64,000 nucleotides of DNA, from the NCBI RefSeq assembly GCF_904830955.1, contig NZ_LR882970.1. One strand, given 5' to 3'. The position numbers and the translations under genes were made by a program. The notes beneath the pieces were generated by a model, which searched no databases, was not told where the DNA came from, and saw only the letters and a list, made by a program, of their open reading frames with translations. Positions 40,901-49,257 of this stretch are shown one piece after another. Position 1 is the first letter of the stretch, and each line of letters starts with the position of its first letter. Source of the DNA: Planktothrix tepida (GTDB taxonomy: Bacteria; Cyanobacteriota; Cyanobacteriia; Cyanobacteriales; Microcoleaceae).

Positions 40901-41137
40901 ATCTCGAAAACTTAAATCAACACCCCGATAGGTATTACCTGTTTTTAAACTGGCGGACTGAGTGGCAGTTTTATCTGTGTCAATATGAACAAAACTAACA
41001 ATTGGTAGTTCTGTTAAATCTCCATATTTTTCTACAATTAACCGCCGAATTCGCATTAAAACATCTCGTCCTGTTCCTCCTAATCCGATACAAATTGTGC
41101 GTTGAACTCCTTGCAGTTGATAATCATTAGCTTGCAT
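37910..41137 (-). CDS. 1075-aa tubulin/FtsZ-superfamily-like GTPase domain protein (Tubulin_2-like) with long helical C-terminal region and SHOCT-like C-terminus
   Basis: GLGGTG (T1-like) at aa 18-23 and GSLCGGTGSG (tubulin signature [SAG]GGTG[SA]G-like T4) at aa ~188-197; C-terminal LEAKLRQLKQKLDQGFITQKGYEFEKEEILRKY resembles SHOCT. Confidence 0.6.
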   Translation of the reverse strand: MQANDYQLQGVQRTICIGLGGTGRDVLMRIRRLIVEKYGDLTELPIVSFVHIDTDKTATQSASLKTGNTYRGVDLSFRDSEKVNAILTSAEVTNFVRGVEQRSKSNRSGPFDHISRWFPPQLLRNIRAVEEGAKGIRPVGRLAFFHNYQKIKTVIETAAKRTMGHEATLLKARLKLEPGLNIFVIGSLCGGTGSGMFLDVAYSLRKSYGDKGTQLLGYLVVSPQLYSNASYMNANTYAALKELNYYSSAGTRFEACYDMQNLVIVQEPRAPFDYTYLISNETNGEYTILEQQKLCNVIAHKIALDFIGELAPVAKGMRDNLLNHLIQSDNHPRPNTQGYLTFGLAAIYFPREIIVKIALNRISLKLVNFWLNGEGQSPDPQLIIEQFLIKYNWYSDLIQRDGFKERLAGGVQEGSKNFSTTLTKFREKLIQKINECRNSEDRLSLKNNLLRELREQFRKVLPGETETTRGIWLTRLMQVQPLIAQQLKNHINEFIEELMTPSNPKFSTKSVRDWLEAMQTELNTYQRQLEEEISQGEGMKKNEDLEKKLRDLEQNMDEIEQRIELPILNRKNADIQRLARNVVQSIMQLIQHNFKLAVTQETLKIVNDLQKYVRDCSTEVATFSRMIENLKTNYEKEQNDLINSNFNEMSGEAIFAQEDIEECYQTLLPDLEFRSALVLVSKDITEASGVGESICYLINRTTGEQLKTEIDQKIDGEFGSRSNQIVKSVIKRFIQKYSGSIRPTRLGQIIEQAEPLLRLNVSDPYFSNLSDKRKEFIGFKDTDEVEVNQFKMTLTRDLGIDPTALKPTQAEDQILIVREYGGFPLRLINGLEEIRNHYIREQNKDGSTCHSDYQIPFTDIIPPDARLMEELEDVFYPCLAFQLIVKNPKNQGLEFQYYDNLRDYYYTAELNPIWNQALEELANHREMTKTLNELLEEEINQIRQNPDLWKSQYLPRLQQFVDYVDNLPESNPNYLYKSTVVGTPGTINNLGHEGVINRFRRKIQESLTKTGSLPTSVNDDSAALVKRGENSRDFNQSDDSLEAKLRQLKQKLDQGFITQKGYEFEKEEILRKYGC

Positions 41138-41158
41138 GATAAATCCCTTTTGGTTAGT

Positions 41159-42307
41159 TTATTTTTGAATTTTAATGGTTAATCTGTAGTTTTTGGGAGG
41201 TTTAGGATTAGGGCAATTAAAATTTATCCTACTTCTGGTTATTTGGATTTTTTGATCGACAATTTTGTCTTGATATTCAATCCGGCTATTGTTCGTCGGT
41301 TCTAAATAAAGTTTTTCTCCTTTTCTGACTAAATAAGCCCGAACTTCTGCTCCAGGTAAATCAATGGTATCCTGACAACCAGATTCATATTCACCAATGG
41401 CAATTCTTTGATGATTACCGAGAGAGCAGGTTTGATCTGCTACCTGATCATCATCATCAAAATTAACCATCAGTTTCCATTTTTTATTCAAACGATAAAT
41501 TTTAATTCCCATCCCGACACTAGCAAGAATTAAAATTCCTAAAATTAATCCGGGTAGCCATAACTGTTTCCATAAATAAGGAGAAACTAAACAAGTTTCT
41601 TTCTGTCCGGGGGTAGGAGTACAGAACTCTTGAACATTCGGAGGAATATCAACAATTGTTAGGTTATATTGTCGCTGTTCTTGAGTTTTAATCGGAAGCG
41701 ATCGCTGATTTAAAGGTAATTGATTTAACCACTCTTGGCGCTGTTGTGTTTCTGGAGAAGTTGCTATTCGGAAAGGACTGTCTGCTGGGGTTTCCGTCCA
41801 TTCTTCAGAGGTAGCAGGGGATTTTGTAAATAACGGTGCATCGGTAATCCAAACAATCGATTGCGGTTTAATCGGTTGATTCTGGGTTAAACGACATTGA
41901 TTGAGATCTGCTAAACCCTGATAAATCGTTAACTCAGCTTTTTGAATATCGGTATTTTGTAATCTCAGGTCAGGCTGAAAGGTAATTAATTGTAAAATCT
42001 TTTCTACATCGGCTTTCCCTTTAAACTGAATTGCAGTTTCTAAAGTTAAAGGGTTGATCTCAGGTGTTGAAGGGTTAGTTTTTGTAGCAAAAGGCACAAC
42101 ATAAACGGTGTCTCCTGATTTTAAGCTATCTTCAACAATTTGACGTAAACGCAAATGACCTTCATCATTCAAACCGACGCTTTCCGTTAGGTCAATCGCC
42201 AGTACCACATCCCGTCCGCCATGTAGACGAGTGACTGATTCCAAACCGATTTTCTGGAAAGGCGTCAACGGTTGACCTGGTGCGACTGGGGTACAAATCT
42301 CACTCAA
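41159..42307 (-). CDS. vWA-domain protein with single TM helix and C-terminal FHA-like domain
   Basis: VVLAIDLTESVG MIDAS-like DxTxS; TM LWLPGLILGILILASVGMGI; C-terminal GAEVRAYLVRKGEKLYLEP...NNSRIEY FHA-like. Confidence 0.55.
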   Translation of the reverse strand: MSEICTPVAPGQPLTPFQKIGLESVTRLHGGRDVVLAIDLTESVGLNDEGHLRLRQIVEDSLKSGDTVYVVPFATKTNPSTPEINPLTLETAIQFKGKADVEKILQLITFQPDLRLQNTDIQKAELTIYQGLADLNQCRLTQNQPIKPQSIVWITDAPLFTKSPATSEEWTETPADSPFRIATSPETQQRQEWLNQLPLNQRSLPIKTQEQRQYNLTIVDIPPNVQEFCTPTPGQKETCLVSPYLWKQLWLPGLILGILILASVGMGIKIYRLNKKWKLMVNFDDDDQVADQTCSLGNHQRIAIGEYESGCQDTIDLPGAEVRAYLVRKGEKLYLEPTNNSRIEYQDKIVDQKIQITRSRINFNCPNPKPPKNYRLTIKIQK

Positions 42308-42559
42308 GATAGTTTACTTAGAAACTTATACAGTTCCTTATCATATCGTAAAACCAGGTTATCCAGAAGGGGTTGGGGTGAAACTTTTTTTACCCGTTTA
42401 TTGGACAAGGGTTGACAATAAGTCGCCAGAATAGTGATTAATATAAGCTATTCAGTCTCTAATGGTGATGGGGAAATTGCCAATTCCTTGTAGTTGGAGC
42501 GTCCCCGCTCCCTAGAATATACACTTTAAATGTAATAGCAGCTTAGATTGATTTTTTTC

Positions 42560-43252
42560 CTATTCCTTGTTTCTGATTGTCTGTTGCTTGCGATTAGGGG
42601 AAATCTGTTGTTCCTGAAGTTGTTTTAATTGTTGATGAACGTCTGAAGCAATTTCAAAGGCTTGATACAGGAGTCTTCCTTGTTCTGTTGTGGGTTTTTC
42701 TGTTTGTAAGACCGTTAAGGCGGTGAAATTTGGATCAAAAAGTTCGGAATATTGCTGAATAAATTTTTGATGTTTTTTCAAGGTTCGTTCTATTTTTAAT
42801 CCTTTAATTAATTCTGTTCTAATTAAGTTTAAAGCTGCAATAATAGCTTCTCGATTGTTTAATTTTCCAGGGGGATGGGCTATTGCATCGAGTTGATCAT
42901 AAATTTTTAAGGCTTTAACAATGGCGTTATAACGCTCCACTTGATGACACAGTTTAACGAATTGGGGACGGGTTAAGGTATTCCACAGTTTTACACTATC
43001 CTCAAGAATTAATAGTCCCCCAATGGTTAAATAAATTATGATTAAAATTAAAGAGAGTTCTGGAAAAATTAAACTCCAAATCCAATAACTCATTAATAAT
43101 AATAAAAAGATAAAAAAGGTTTTTAAACCTTCCCCTAATAATTTTTTAACGGTAGCTGGTCGGTAGAGTAACTTCTGATTAATACCACTCCAATGTTTGA
43201 TTTCCCCTGGTGTAATTTCTAATCCTTCTAAATCAGATTGTGTGTTACCCAT
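42560..43252 (-). CDS. hypothetical 2-TM membrane protein (N-terminus MGNTQS)
   Basis: two adjacent TM helices then ~150-aa soluble helical domain. Confidence 0.55.
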   Translation of the reverse strand: MGNTQSDLEGLEITPGEIKHWSGINQKLLYRPATVKKLLGEGLKTFFIFLLLLMSYWIWSLIFPELSLILIIIYLTIGGLLILEDSVKLWNTLTRPQFVKLCHQVERYNAIVKALKIYDQLDAIAHPPGKLNNREAIIAALNLIRTELIKGLKIERTLKKHQKFIQQYSELFDPNFTALTVLQTEKPTTEQGRLLYQAFEIASDVHQQLKQLQEQQISPNRKQQTIRNKE

Positions 43253-43373
43253 TGAAGATCTCCATCCCGTAGAAGTAGCTTTGGGTTGGTTTTAGGTGCT
43301 GATTCAAAACTGAACTCAAACCTGCCTCTACAGAAATTAAAAGGTGTTTAAGGGGATAAAATTTATTCTCCTT

Positions 43374-44012
43374 TCAAGAGGGCGCATCGGCAATATATTT
43401 GTCATACCCTCCAGCTTTCTTGATCTCATCAGGAATCAGTTTTTGGATGTCATTTTCGGTGCGGAGGGCTTTTTGATACGCCCATTCAGGACAAGCCGGA
43501 AGGGATTTTTTACTTTCACTATACACAGAATTTATCTGAACTAAATCATTCAGTTCTTCCTCGATGGGTCGGGGTTCTAAACGACATTTGAGTAAAAATG
43601 AATCATATTGATCGGCCATTTGTTCATAAACCCTGGAGGCGACTAAATGGGTATTCGCTTTACCATTGGGATCTAAAAAGGTTAATAACGGTGCAAGAAT
43701 AGCGACTAAAACGGGAATAATCACCGCCACTAATTGATAATTTCCGCCTAAACTGGAGATGGCTTGCACACCAGCAACAGCCGCTAAAACGGTGCTGGGA
43801 ATGCCAATATAAAGATGAGTTCTTGTCCAGCGAATGGAAACATAAATATGAGCTTGGCTTAAAACCCGACAGACGGTTTTGCGATCAAAAGCACGATAAA
43901 TGATATCTTCCTGGGCAACATAAGAAAGTGGTTTACCTGAATTTTCTTCTAAAGGAACAGAGGAACTCACGGGGTTATTAATCAGATTATCAGGGTTACT
44001 GGATGCACTCAT
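43374..44012 (-). CDS. hypothetical 2-TM membrane protein (SLATT/DUF4231-like topology?)
   Basis: TM pair LYIGIPSTVLAAVAGV / LVAVIIPVLVAILAPLLTFL then soluble C-terminus. Confidence 0.5.
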   Translation of the reverse strand: MSASSNPDNLINNPVSSSVPLEENSGKPLSYVAQEDIIYRAFDRKTVCRVLSQAHIYVSIRWTRTHLYIGIPSTVLAAVAGVQAISSLGGNYQLVAVIIPVLVAILAPLLTFLDPNGKANTHLVASRVYEQMADQYDSFLLKCRLEPRPIEEELNDLVQINSVYSESKKSLPACPEWAYQKALRTENDIQKLIPDEIKKAGGYDKYIADAPS

Positions 44013-44134
44013 AGGCTTTAAACCGGGTACAATAAAGGTGTAAAAAATGAATCTTCAGACCAGTTTGTTGGGACTCCTAAGCTTAATATTGGCTTGGGGA
44101 TGGAGACAACATCAGTTGAGAAAAAATAATTCTA

Positions 44135-45580
44135 TCAACTTCTGTTCAATTCTTGATCAGGAGTAACACCCTTTAACCAAACGATAAATGTAGTTCCTCT
44201 AGGAATATTCCCCCGAGAAAGCATCTCCTTGGAGACCCAAACCGAATTAACAGGAGAGAACACTTCAATCTTTCCCTGCATTTGTTCGACTAAGGTTTTT
44301 GCGATCGCTAACCCTAACCCTGTCCCCGGAATTTCTGAACTTTCTTGGACACCCCGATAGTGACGTTCAAATAAATGGGTTAAATCTTCTGGGGGAATAC
44401 CAGGGCCAGTATCACTAATGCCAATTCCCACTTGCAGGGGTTGGGATTTCCGTTTTGTAGTGAATCGAACTCGAAGACAAACTTTTCCCCCGGATGGCGT
44501 ATATTTTAAGGCATTATCGAGCAGATTACTCAAGACTTCTCGTAAAGCTTTACGATTCCCTAGGATAACGGGTAATTGGGGGGGAAGGTCAACAAGACAT
44601 TGAAGTTGTCGTTCTTCAGCGATAGCTTGGGTTGATAAAATTAACGGTTGCAAGACCTCGGACAATTCTAGGGGTTCGAGTTCATCCCAGGCGGGTAACA
44701 AGGTTAACACCGAGGGCGGAAAAGTCGCTTCTTCCCCAGGAGGAGTGGAAACCAAGACAGAATCAACGGTTAGGGGTAAGCTCAAATCAGGTTCTGTGTA
44801 GTCTAAAGTTTGATCAGCTTGTTGTAACAACTCTTGAATGCGATCGCTCTCTCGTAGAATACTATTGGCAATCGGATAATTTTTATCGTCCGGTAACAAC
44901 CGCTTTAATAATAATTTTCCAAAGGTACGCACCGCCGTGAGGGGACTTTTGAGTTGATGAAAGATATTATGAAGGGCATCGGCTTGTTGCGCCTGTAGGT
45001 GTTGTTGTCGGCTTAATTGTTGTTGGAACCATTGGGAGCGTTGATCTAAAATACAACCCAGGGCTAAGGTATGGGCAATTCCTTGCAATTGGCCATATTC
45101 CTCTGGGTTCCAGGAACGATCATTGCGTCCCGTTACTAAAAAGCCTAAGACCACCTCTTCTTGAATTAAAGGTAACACCGTTTGACTGCGTTGTTGCCAA
45201 CTTTCCTCTTCTTCTAGGGGTTGCTCTCCCTGTGCTTCGGCTTCTATAAAATCATTGATATCCACCGCAGGTAACAAAATCCAGGTTTTGGTAATTTCTT
45301 CTGTTGTTAACAAACGAGGTAGAGTTGAAGTTAACAGGGTCGGAAAGCGCATCAAACCCGGAATATCCAAATCTTCCAGGGAGGTTTCAGGATAAGTGGC
45401 GATCGGAATTAATTTCTGATGTTCCTCATCCACCCAAGCCTCAGCCAAATACACCACACTCAAGGACGCACCTAAACTCGCCGTCAATGACAATTGCGTG
45501 CGACAGAGTTGGACAAATTCAGAACTAGCTGTAAGCATAGGAGGAGGAGCCGGGGGATCAGTGTACTGATTTTGTATCAA
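44135..45580 (-). CDS. sensor histidine kinase, soluble, N-terminal GAF-like domain + HisKA + HATPase_c (Hik2/CSK-like)
   Basis: H-box HNIFHQLKSPLTAV, N/G1/G2 boxes LSNLLDNALKY...GTGLGLAIAKTLV. Confidence 0.85.
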   Translation of the reverse strand: MIQNQYTDPPAPPPMLTASSEFVQLCRTQLSLTASLGASLSVVYLAEAWVDEEHQKLIPIATYPETSLEDLDIPGLMRFPTLLTSTLPRLLTTEEITKTWILLPAVDINDFIEAEAQGEQPLEEEESWQQRSQTVLPLIQEEVVLGFLVTGRNDRSWNPEEYGQLQGIAHTLALGCILDQRSQWFQQQLSRQQHLQAQQADALHNIFHQLKSPLTAVRTFGKLLLKRLLPDDKNYPIANSILRESDRIQELLQQADQTLDYTEPDLSLPLTVDSVLVSTPPGEEATFPPSVLTLLPAWDELEPLELSEVLQPLILSTQAIAEERQLQCLVDLPPQLPVILGNRKALREVLSNLLDNALKYTPSGGKVCLRVRFTTKRKSQPLQVGIGISDTGPGIPPEDLTHLFERHYRGVQESSEIPGTGLGLAIAKTLVEQMQGKIEVFSPVNSVWVSKEMLSRGNIPRGTTFIVWLKGVTPDQELNRS

Positions 45581-45681
45581 TCTATTAAAACATCTTGAAA
45601 TTTTGAACTAAAACAGATATACTTCTTTCGGATTTTGTAGCTATATTTACAACCCGCCTGCTTAAAAAGGAGGTCAACAAG

Positions 45682-46005
45682 TTGGCTAGAAGACGTAAGC
45701 GTAAAAGCCGTCGTAGACAAGAAGGACGAAGAATTTTAGAATGTGTGCCTCAATATAGCATTTCCAGTGGCGAAGATAAACCCGTAACAGCGGCTCGCAA
45801 GTTTATCCATGCCGAGGGAATTATTCCCCCTGCTGTGCTTCTTGTCAAACGCAATGAGCATACAACAGATCGGTATTTCTGGGCTGAAAAGGGTCTGTTT
45901 GGCGCTCAGTATGTTGAAGAAAATCATTTTTTATTCCCCAGTTTAAAGCAGCTTGTGGAAAAAGCAACACCCCTATCTTCTGCTTCCGCCATCAAAAGCG
46001 TTTGA
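45682..46005 (+). CDS. hypothetical protein with Arg/Lys-rich N-terminus
   Basis: 107-aa ORF MARRRKRKSRRRQ...; preferred over antisense 45736..45927. Confidence 0.5.
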   Translation: MARRRKRKSRRRQEGRRILECVPQYSISSGEDKPVTAARKFIHAEGIIPPAVLLVKRNEHTTDRYFWAEKGLFGAQYVEENHFLFPSLKQLVEKATPLSSASAIKSV

Positions 46006-46284
46006 AGTTTAGATCCTGTGTTGAATATTCTTAATGCTTAAAGTAAAGGGTTTTCTAAATGCGGAACTTTTCTGGCGTCCTGAAACCGAGTGATAGCTAT
46101 CATCAACATGAGCTTCTTCCTTAACTCAGATTAAGCCAGCACGACAGAAAAACCGGATAGGTCTGGTGGTGAACCGTCAATGGAGGCAATCTATCTCTGG
46201 GGGTTTAGTCGGTTAAAAGGTTGTTGAATTTCTTTTAACCCAACTAGCCCAGGAGTCCCTGCTTCTAGCAAGGATCAGATGAAA

Positions 46285-46818
46285 TTATTCGCAAGGTTTG
46301 AGGTGCAGTGCTTGTTTGAGCGTTGCCAGTTCGTCTCGGTGAGCGGTTACAGTAATTAAACTTTGAGTTTGGTTTCCCTGACCGAGAACAGCATCCAGCT
46401 TAAGAGAGACTTTTTCTGGCCGCTTGGCACCTTTCCAATAAAACCACCCCGCCAGGGGCGAAAGCAACACCAGTCCCCAAAACAGTTCGCCAAGGTTGGG
46501 AATAGCCATCGATAGAACTAATCCTAAACATAACAGCCCAACGGCCGTTAATAGGGTTAAGAAGATGGCTAGAAACCAACTGGGACGAACTAACCCCTCA
46601 AAGGTGATTTGATTGTCTTCCCGATTTAATTTCGTCACACGATAAGCTCGTGCTGCGAAATACTGTTGAATTTGCGTAAGCAAAGAGTCTGCTTCTTGTT
46701 CAGCCATTAGCTTTTCCTGCTGTGTTCGATCTTTGGTCGAAGCCCGCACAAAGAAGAATAAGCCAATCGCCAGTAACAAGGTCAACACAAACGTGGAAGG
46801 AATTACGGGAATCATCAT
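46285..46818 (-). CDS. hypothetical membrane protein (3 TM)
   Basis: hydropathy. Confidence 0.55.
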   Translation of the reverse strand: MMIPVIPSTFVLTLLLAIGLFFFVRASTKDRTQQEKLMAEQEADSLLTQIQQYFAARAYRVTKLNREDNQITFEGLVRPSWFLAIFLTLLTAVGLLCLGLVLSMAIPNLGELFWGLVLLSPLAGWFYWKGAKRPEKVSLKLDAVLGQGNQTQSLITVTAHRDELATLKQALHLKPCE

Positions 46819-46864
46819 AGATTAAATTAGTCTAGTTTTAAACGGTCACTCGTCGATGTGTAGT

Positions 46865-47245
46865 TTACACAAATTTATCTCGACGAGTTGTATATTCATG
46901 CCAAAGTCGGGCTAACTCTTGCGCCTGGGTTTTGTATTCAGGTATGATTTGGTACATCCTACGAGGGCGACCTCTACCTTCTACCTTCTGCCAATATCCC
47001 GTAATCGTTCCTTGTTTTTCTAGGAACTTCAAGGCACTATAGAGAACCGTATCCGATAATCGATAAGCAGAATACTCTTGTTCTAGTCGTTCAATGAGTT
47101 CGGTTCCATAGGAGTCCCCTCGCAGAAAGACAGATAAGATGTAGCAAACCGCCAGTTCTTTATTGAGATAGATAGGCGGGGGTTCTTGGAAAAATTGATA
47201 GATCTCTTCAAAGGTCATAAGATTCTCCCGCTTACTCTGAAGCAT
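46865..47245 (-). CDS. PadR-family transcriptional regulator
   Basis: GDSYGTELIERL...SDTVLYSALKFLEKQGTITGYW...GRGRPRRMYQI winged-HTH PadR signature. Confidence 0.8.
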   Translation of the reverse strand: MLQSKRENLMTFEEIYQFFQEPPPIYLNKELAVCYILSVFLRGDSYGTELIERLEQEYSAYRLSDTVLYSALKFLEKQGTITGYWQKVEGRGRPRRMYQIIPEYKTQAQELARLWHEYTTRRDKFV

Positions 47246-47405
47246 GATTGATTCACCTAAATTTTAGATAAGGATGAAAATTTTTGACTTCTAGCCTGAC
47301 TCTATTTATATAATTTATCGCGCCGTGATTCGGGATTTAGTCAATGTGGTCACTATTTTTAGGGATATTGGAGAAAATCAATCACGGTTATTCCCTATAG
47401 GTTAA

Positions 47406-48560
47406 CTAAAAACGACAGGTTAAGGTGGTTTTAACGGGACAGGCTCGTTCTGTCAAGGGATTCCCTCTAAGGTCTAATCCGGTTAGGTTGGTCAAGCTTT
47501 GCAATGGACGACTATCGGAAACTTTAGTATTATACAAATCTAACGTGATTAATTGAGTTAACGATTGCAAGGGTGCAAGATTTGAAACCGAGGTATTAAA
47601 CAAGCTGAGGATTTTGAGGTTGGTCAATGCTTGTAAGGGGGTTAAATCGGAAATGGGATTATTTCCAATGTAAAGTTCGGTTAGATTGGTCAGGGTTGCT
47701 AAAGGACGCAGATCGGAAATTTGATTATCAAATAAAGTTAATTGGTTGAGATCGGTTAAAGAAGCCAGGGGCGTTAAATCTGCAATTTGATTGTTAAAAA
47801 GTAGCAGTTGTTTTAGATGAGTTAAAGAGCTAAGGGGAGTTAAATCAGCAATTTGATTATCATAAAGGGCTAAATAGCTGAGTTTCGTTAAGGGGTGTAG
47901 CGGTGTAATATCAGAAATTTGGTTTCCCTGTAAGGATAATTTTTTTAAGGTTACTAAAGATTGCAACGGCGTAATATCTTGAATTTGATTATCAAATAAT
48001 ACTAAACTTTTTAATCGGGTCAAATTTTTAAGCGAGGTTAAATCCGTAATTTTATTCGTATCTAAAATTAAGGTTTCTAGCGCTATTAAGGAAGAAAGAG
48101 GGGTCAAATCATGAATTTGATTGACATCTAGTGCTAAGACTTTTAAATTTTTGAGATTAGCCAATGGCGTTAAATCAGAGATTTGATTTCCACTTAAATA
48201 CAAAAATTGTAGTTGAGAAAAAGAACTTAAGAGGCTTAAATCTTTGATTTGATACCCACTCAAATTTAATTGAATCAGTTGAGATAGAATTTTATTTGCT
48301 ATTTTACAGTCTTTGGTTTGAGAAATTTCTAATAATAAATCTAGTGTTTTTTGTGTTTCTAAGTTTAAATTATTTTGATTTAAACAAATCGTTTCAAAAT
48401 TATTTAAAGGTTGTACAGCATTCTCTGAAGCTAAAGCAGGATTTAGGGGTAATAAAAATATTAAAAAATTGAGTGCTATTTTATAGGGATTTATGTTAAT
48501 AAATTTTATCATGATTTTAATAAAATTTTTGTTTTCAAAAAAACACAATAAAATCAACAC
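47406..48560 (-). CDS. leucine-rich-repeat (internalin-type 22-aa LRR) secreted protein
   Basis: ~13 consecutive LxxLxxLxxLxLxxNQIxDLTPLxx repeats; N-terminal signal peptide (start likely internal Met MIKFININ). Confidence 0.8.
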   Translation of the reverse strand: MLILLCFFENKNFIKIMIKFININPYKIALNFLIFLLPLNPALASENAVQPLNNFETICLNQNNLNLETQKTLDLLLEISQTKDCKIANKILSQLIQLNLSGYQIKDLSLLSSFSQLQFLYLSGNQISDLTPLANLKNLKVLALDVNQIHDLTPLSSLIALETLILDTNKITDLTSLKNLTRLKSLVLFDNQIQDITPLQSLVTLKKLSLQGNQISDITPLHPLTKLSYLALYDNQIADLTPLSSLTHLKQLLLFNNQIADLTPLASLTDLNQLTLFDNQISDLRPLATLTNLTELYIGNNPISDLTPLQALTNLKILSLFNTSVSNLAPLQSLTQLITLDLYNTKVSDSRPLQSLTNLTGLDLRGNPLTERACPVKTTLTCRF

Positions 48561-48579
48561 TTTATCTTAGAGTTAAACC

Positions 48580-49257
48580 TTAATCCTCAACCTTAATAAT
48601 TTGATAACACTCTTCAACAGAAGCCCGATTTTTCATGGCTTCTACCAAGCGATAATAGGTCGTTTCGTGATTTTGAATTAAGGTTTTAGCTTGTAAAATA
48701 GCCCAACGTTCTTTAACTTTGGCTTCACTCATCGGACGGTTTAACTGAGTCCAAATTGCGGTAATTTTTTCTCGGTCTTCCTGTCCTCCCTCCGCCTTTT
48801 GAAATACTAACGTTTCTGCGGCGATTCCCGCCATCCAAACCGTACAATAACGATCTAAAACCCGTGATGAAAGTTGACCTTGCTGCAATTGTTCCCATAA
48901 CCGTTGATCAGCAAACTGCACCCCGCCTTGAGCCTTTAATCCCTGTTTGAAAGCTTCCCAACCATTTAACGCATATCCCTGAATGGGAATTTCCATCAAA
49001 TAGGCGACTAAAAAATGTCCGGCTTCATGGTGTAAAATTCGTTCCCGAGTGGAAGCCGAAGTTCCCGCTAACCAATCTACTAATAAATTAGCACCTTGAC
49101 CTTGAAATTGAAAAACATCTAATGTCGCAACCCCTAATAAAAAACAAGTTACACTCGCCGGAATAAAAGGCGAAATATTGAAAACCGGACTCAATAACGC
49201 CGATAGGGTTATGCAGAAAACACTAATTGCAATCAAGTTTAAACTGGTCGTTCTCAT
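48580..49257 (-). CDS. membrane-anchored Zn-metalloprotease-like protein with peptidase-M41(FtsH)-type HEAGH motif, no AAA domain
   Basis: ILHHEAGHFLVAYLM resembles FtsH TAYHEAGHAIV; N-terminal TM. Confidence 0.55.
   Translation of the reverse strand: MRTTSLNLIAISVFCITLSALLSPVFNISPFIPASVTCFLLGVATLDVFQFQGQGANLLVDWLAGTSASTRERILHHEAGHFLVAYLMEIPIQGYALNGWEAFKQGLKAQGGVQFADQRLWEQLQQGQLSSRVLDRYCTVWMAGIAAETLVFQKAEGGQEDREKITAIWTQLNRPMSEAKVKERWAILQAKTLIQNHETTYYRLVEAMKNRASVEECYQIIKVED

Noticed and set aside
40468-45528. Short plus-strand ORFs (40468..40677, 43344..43544, 44418..44940, 45304..45528)
   Set aside because: All are embedded antisense in long minus-strand genes that have clear domains.
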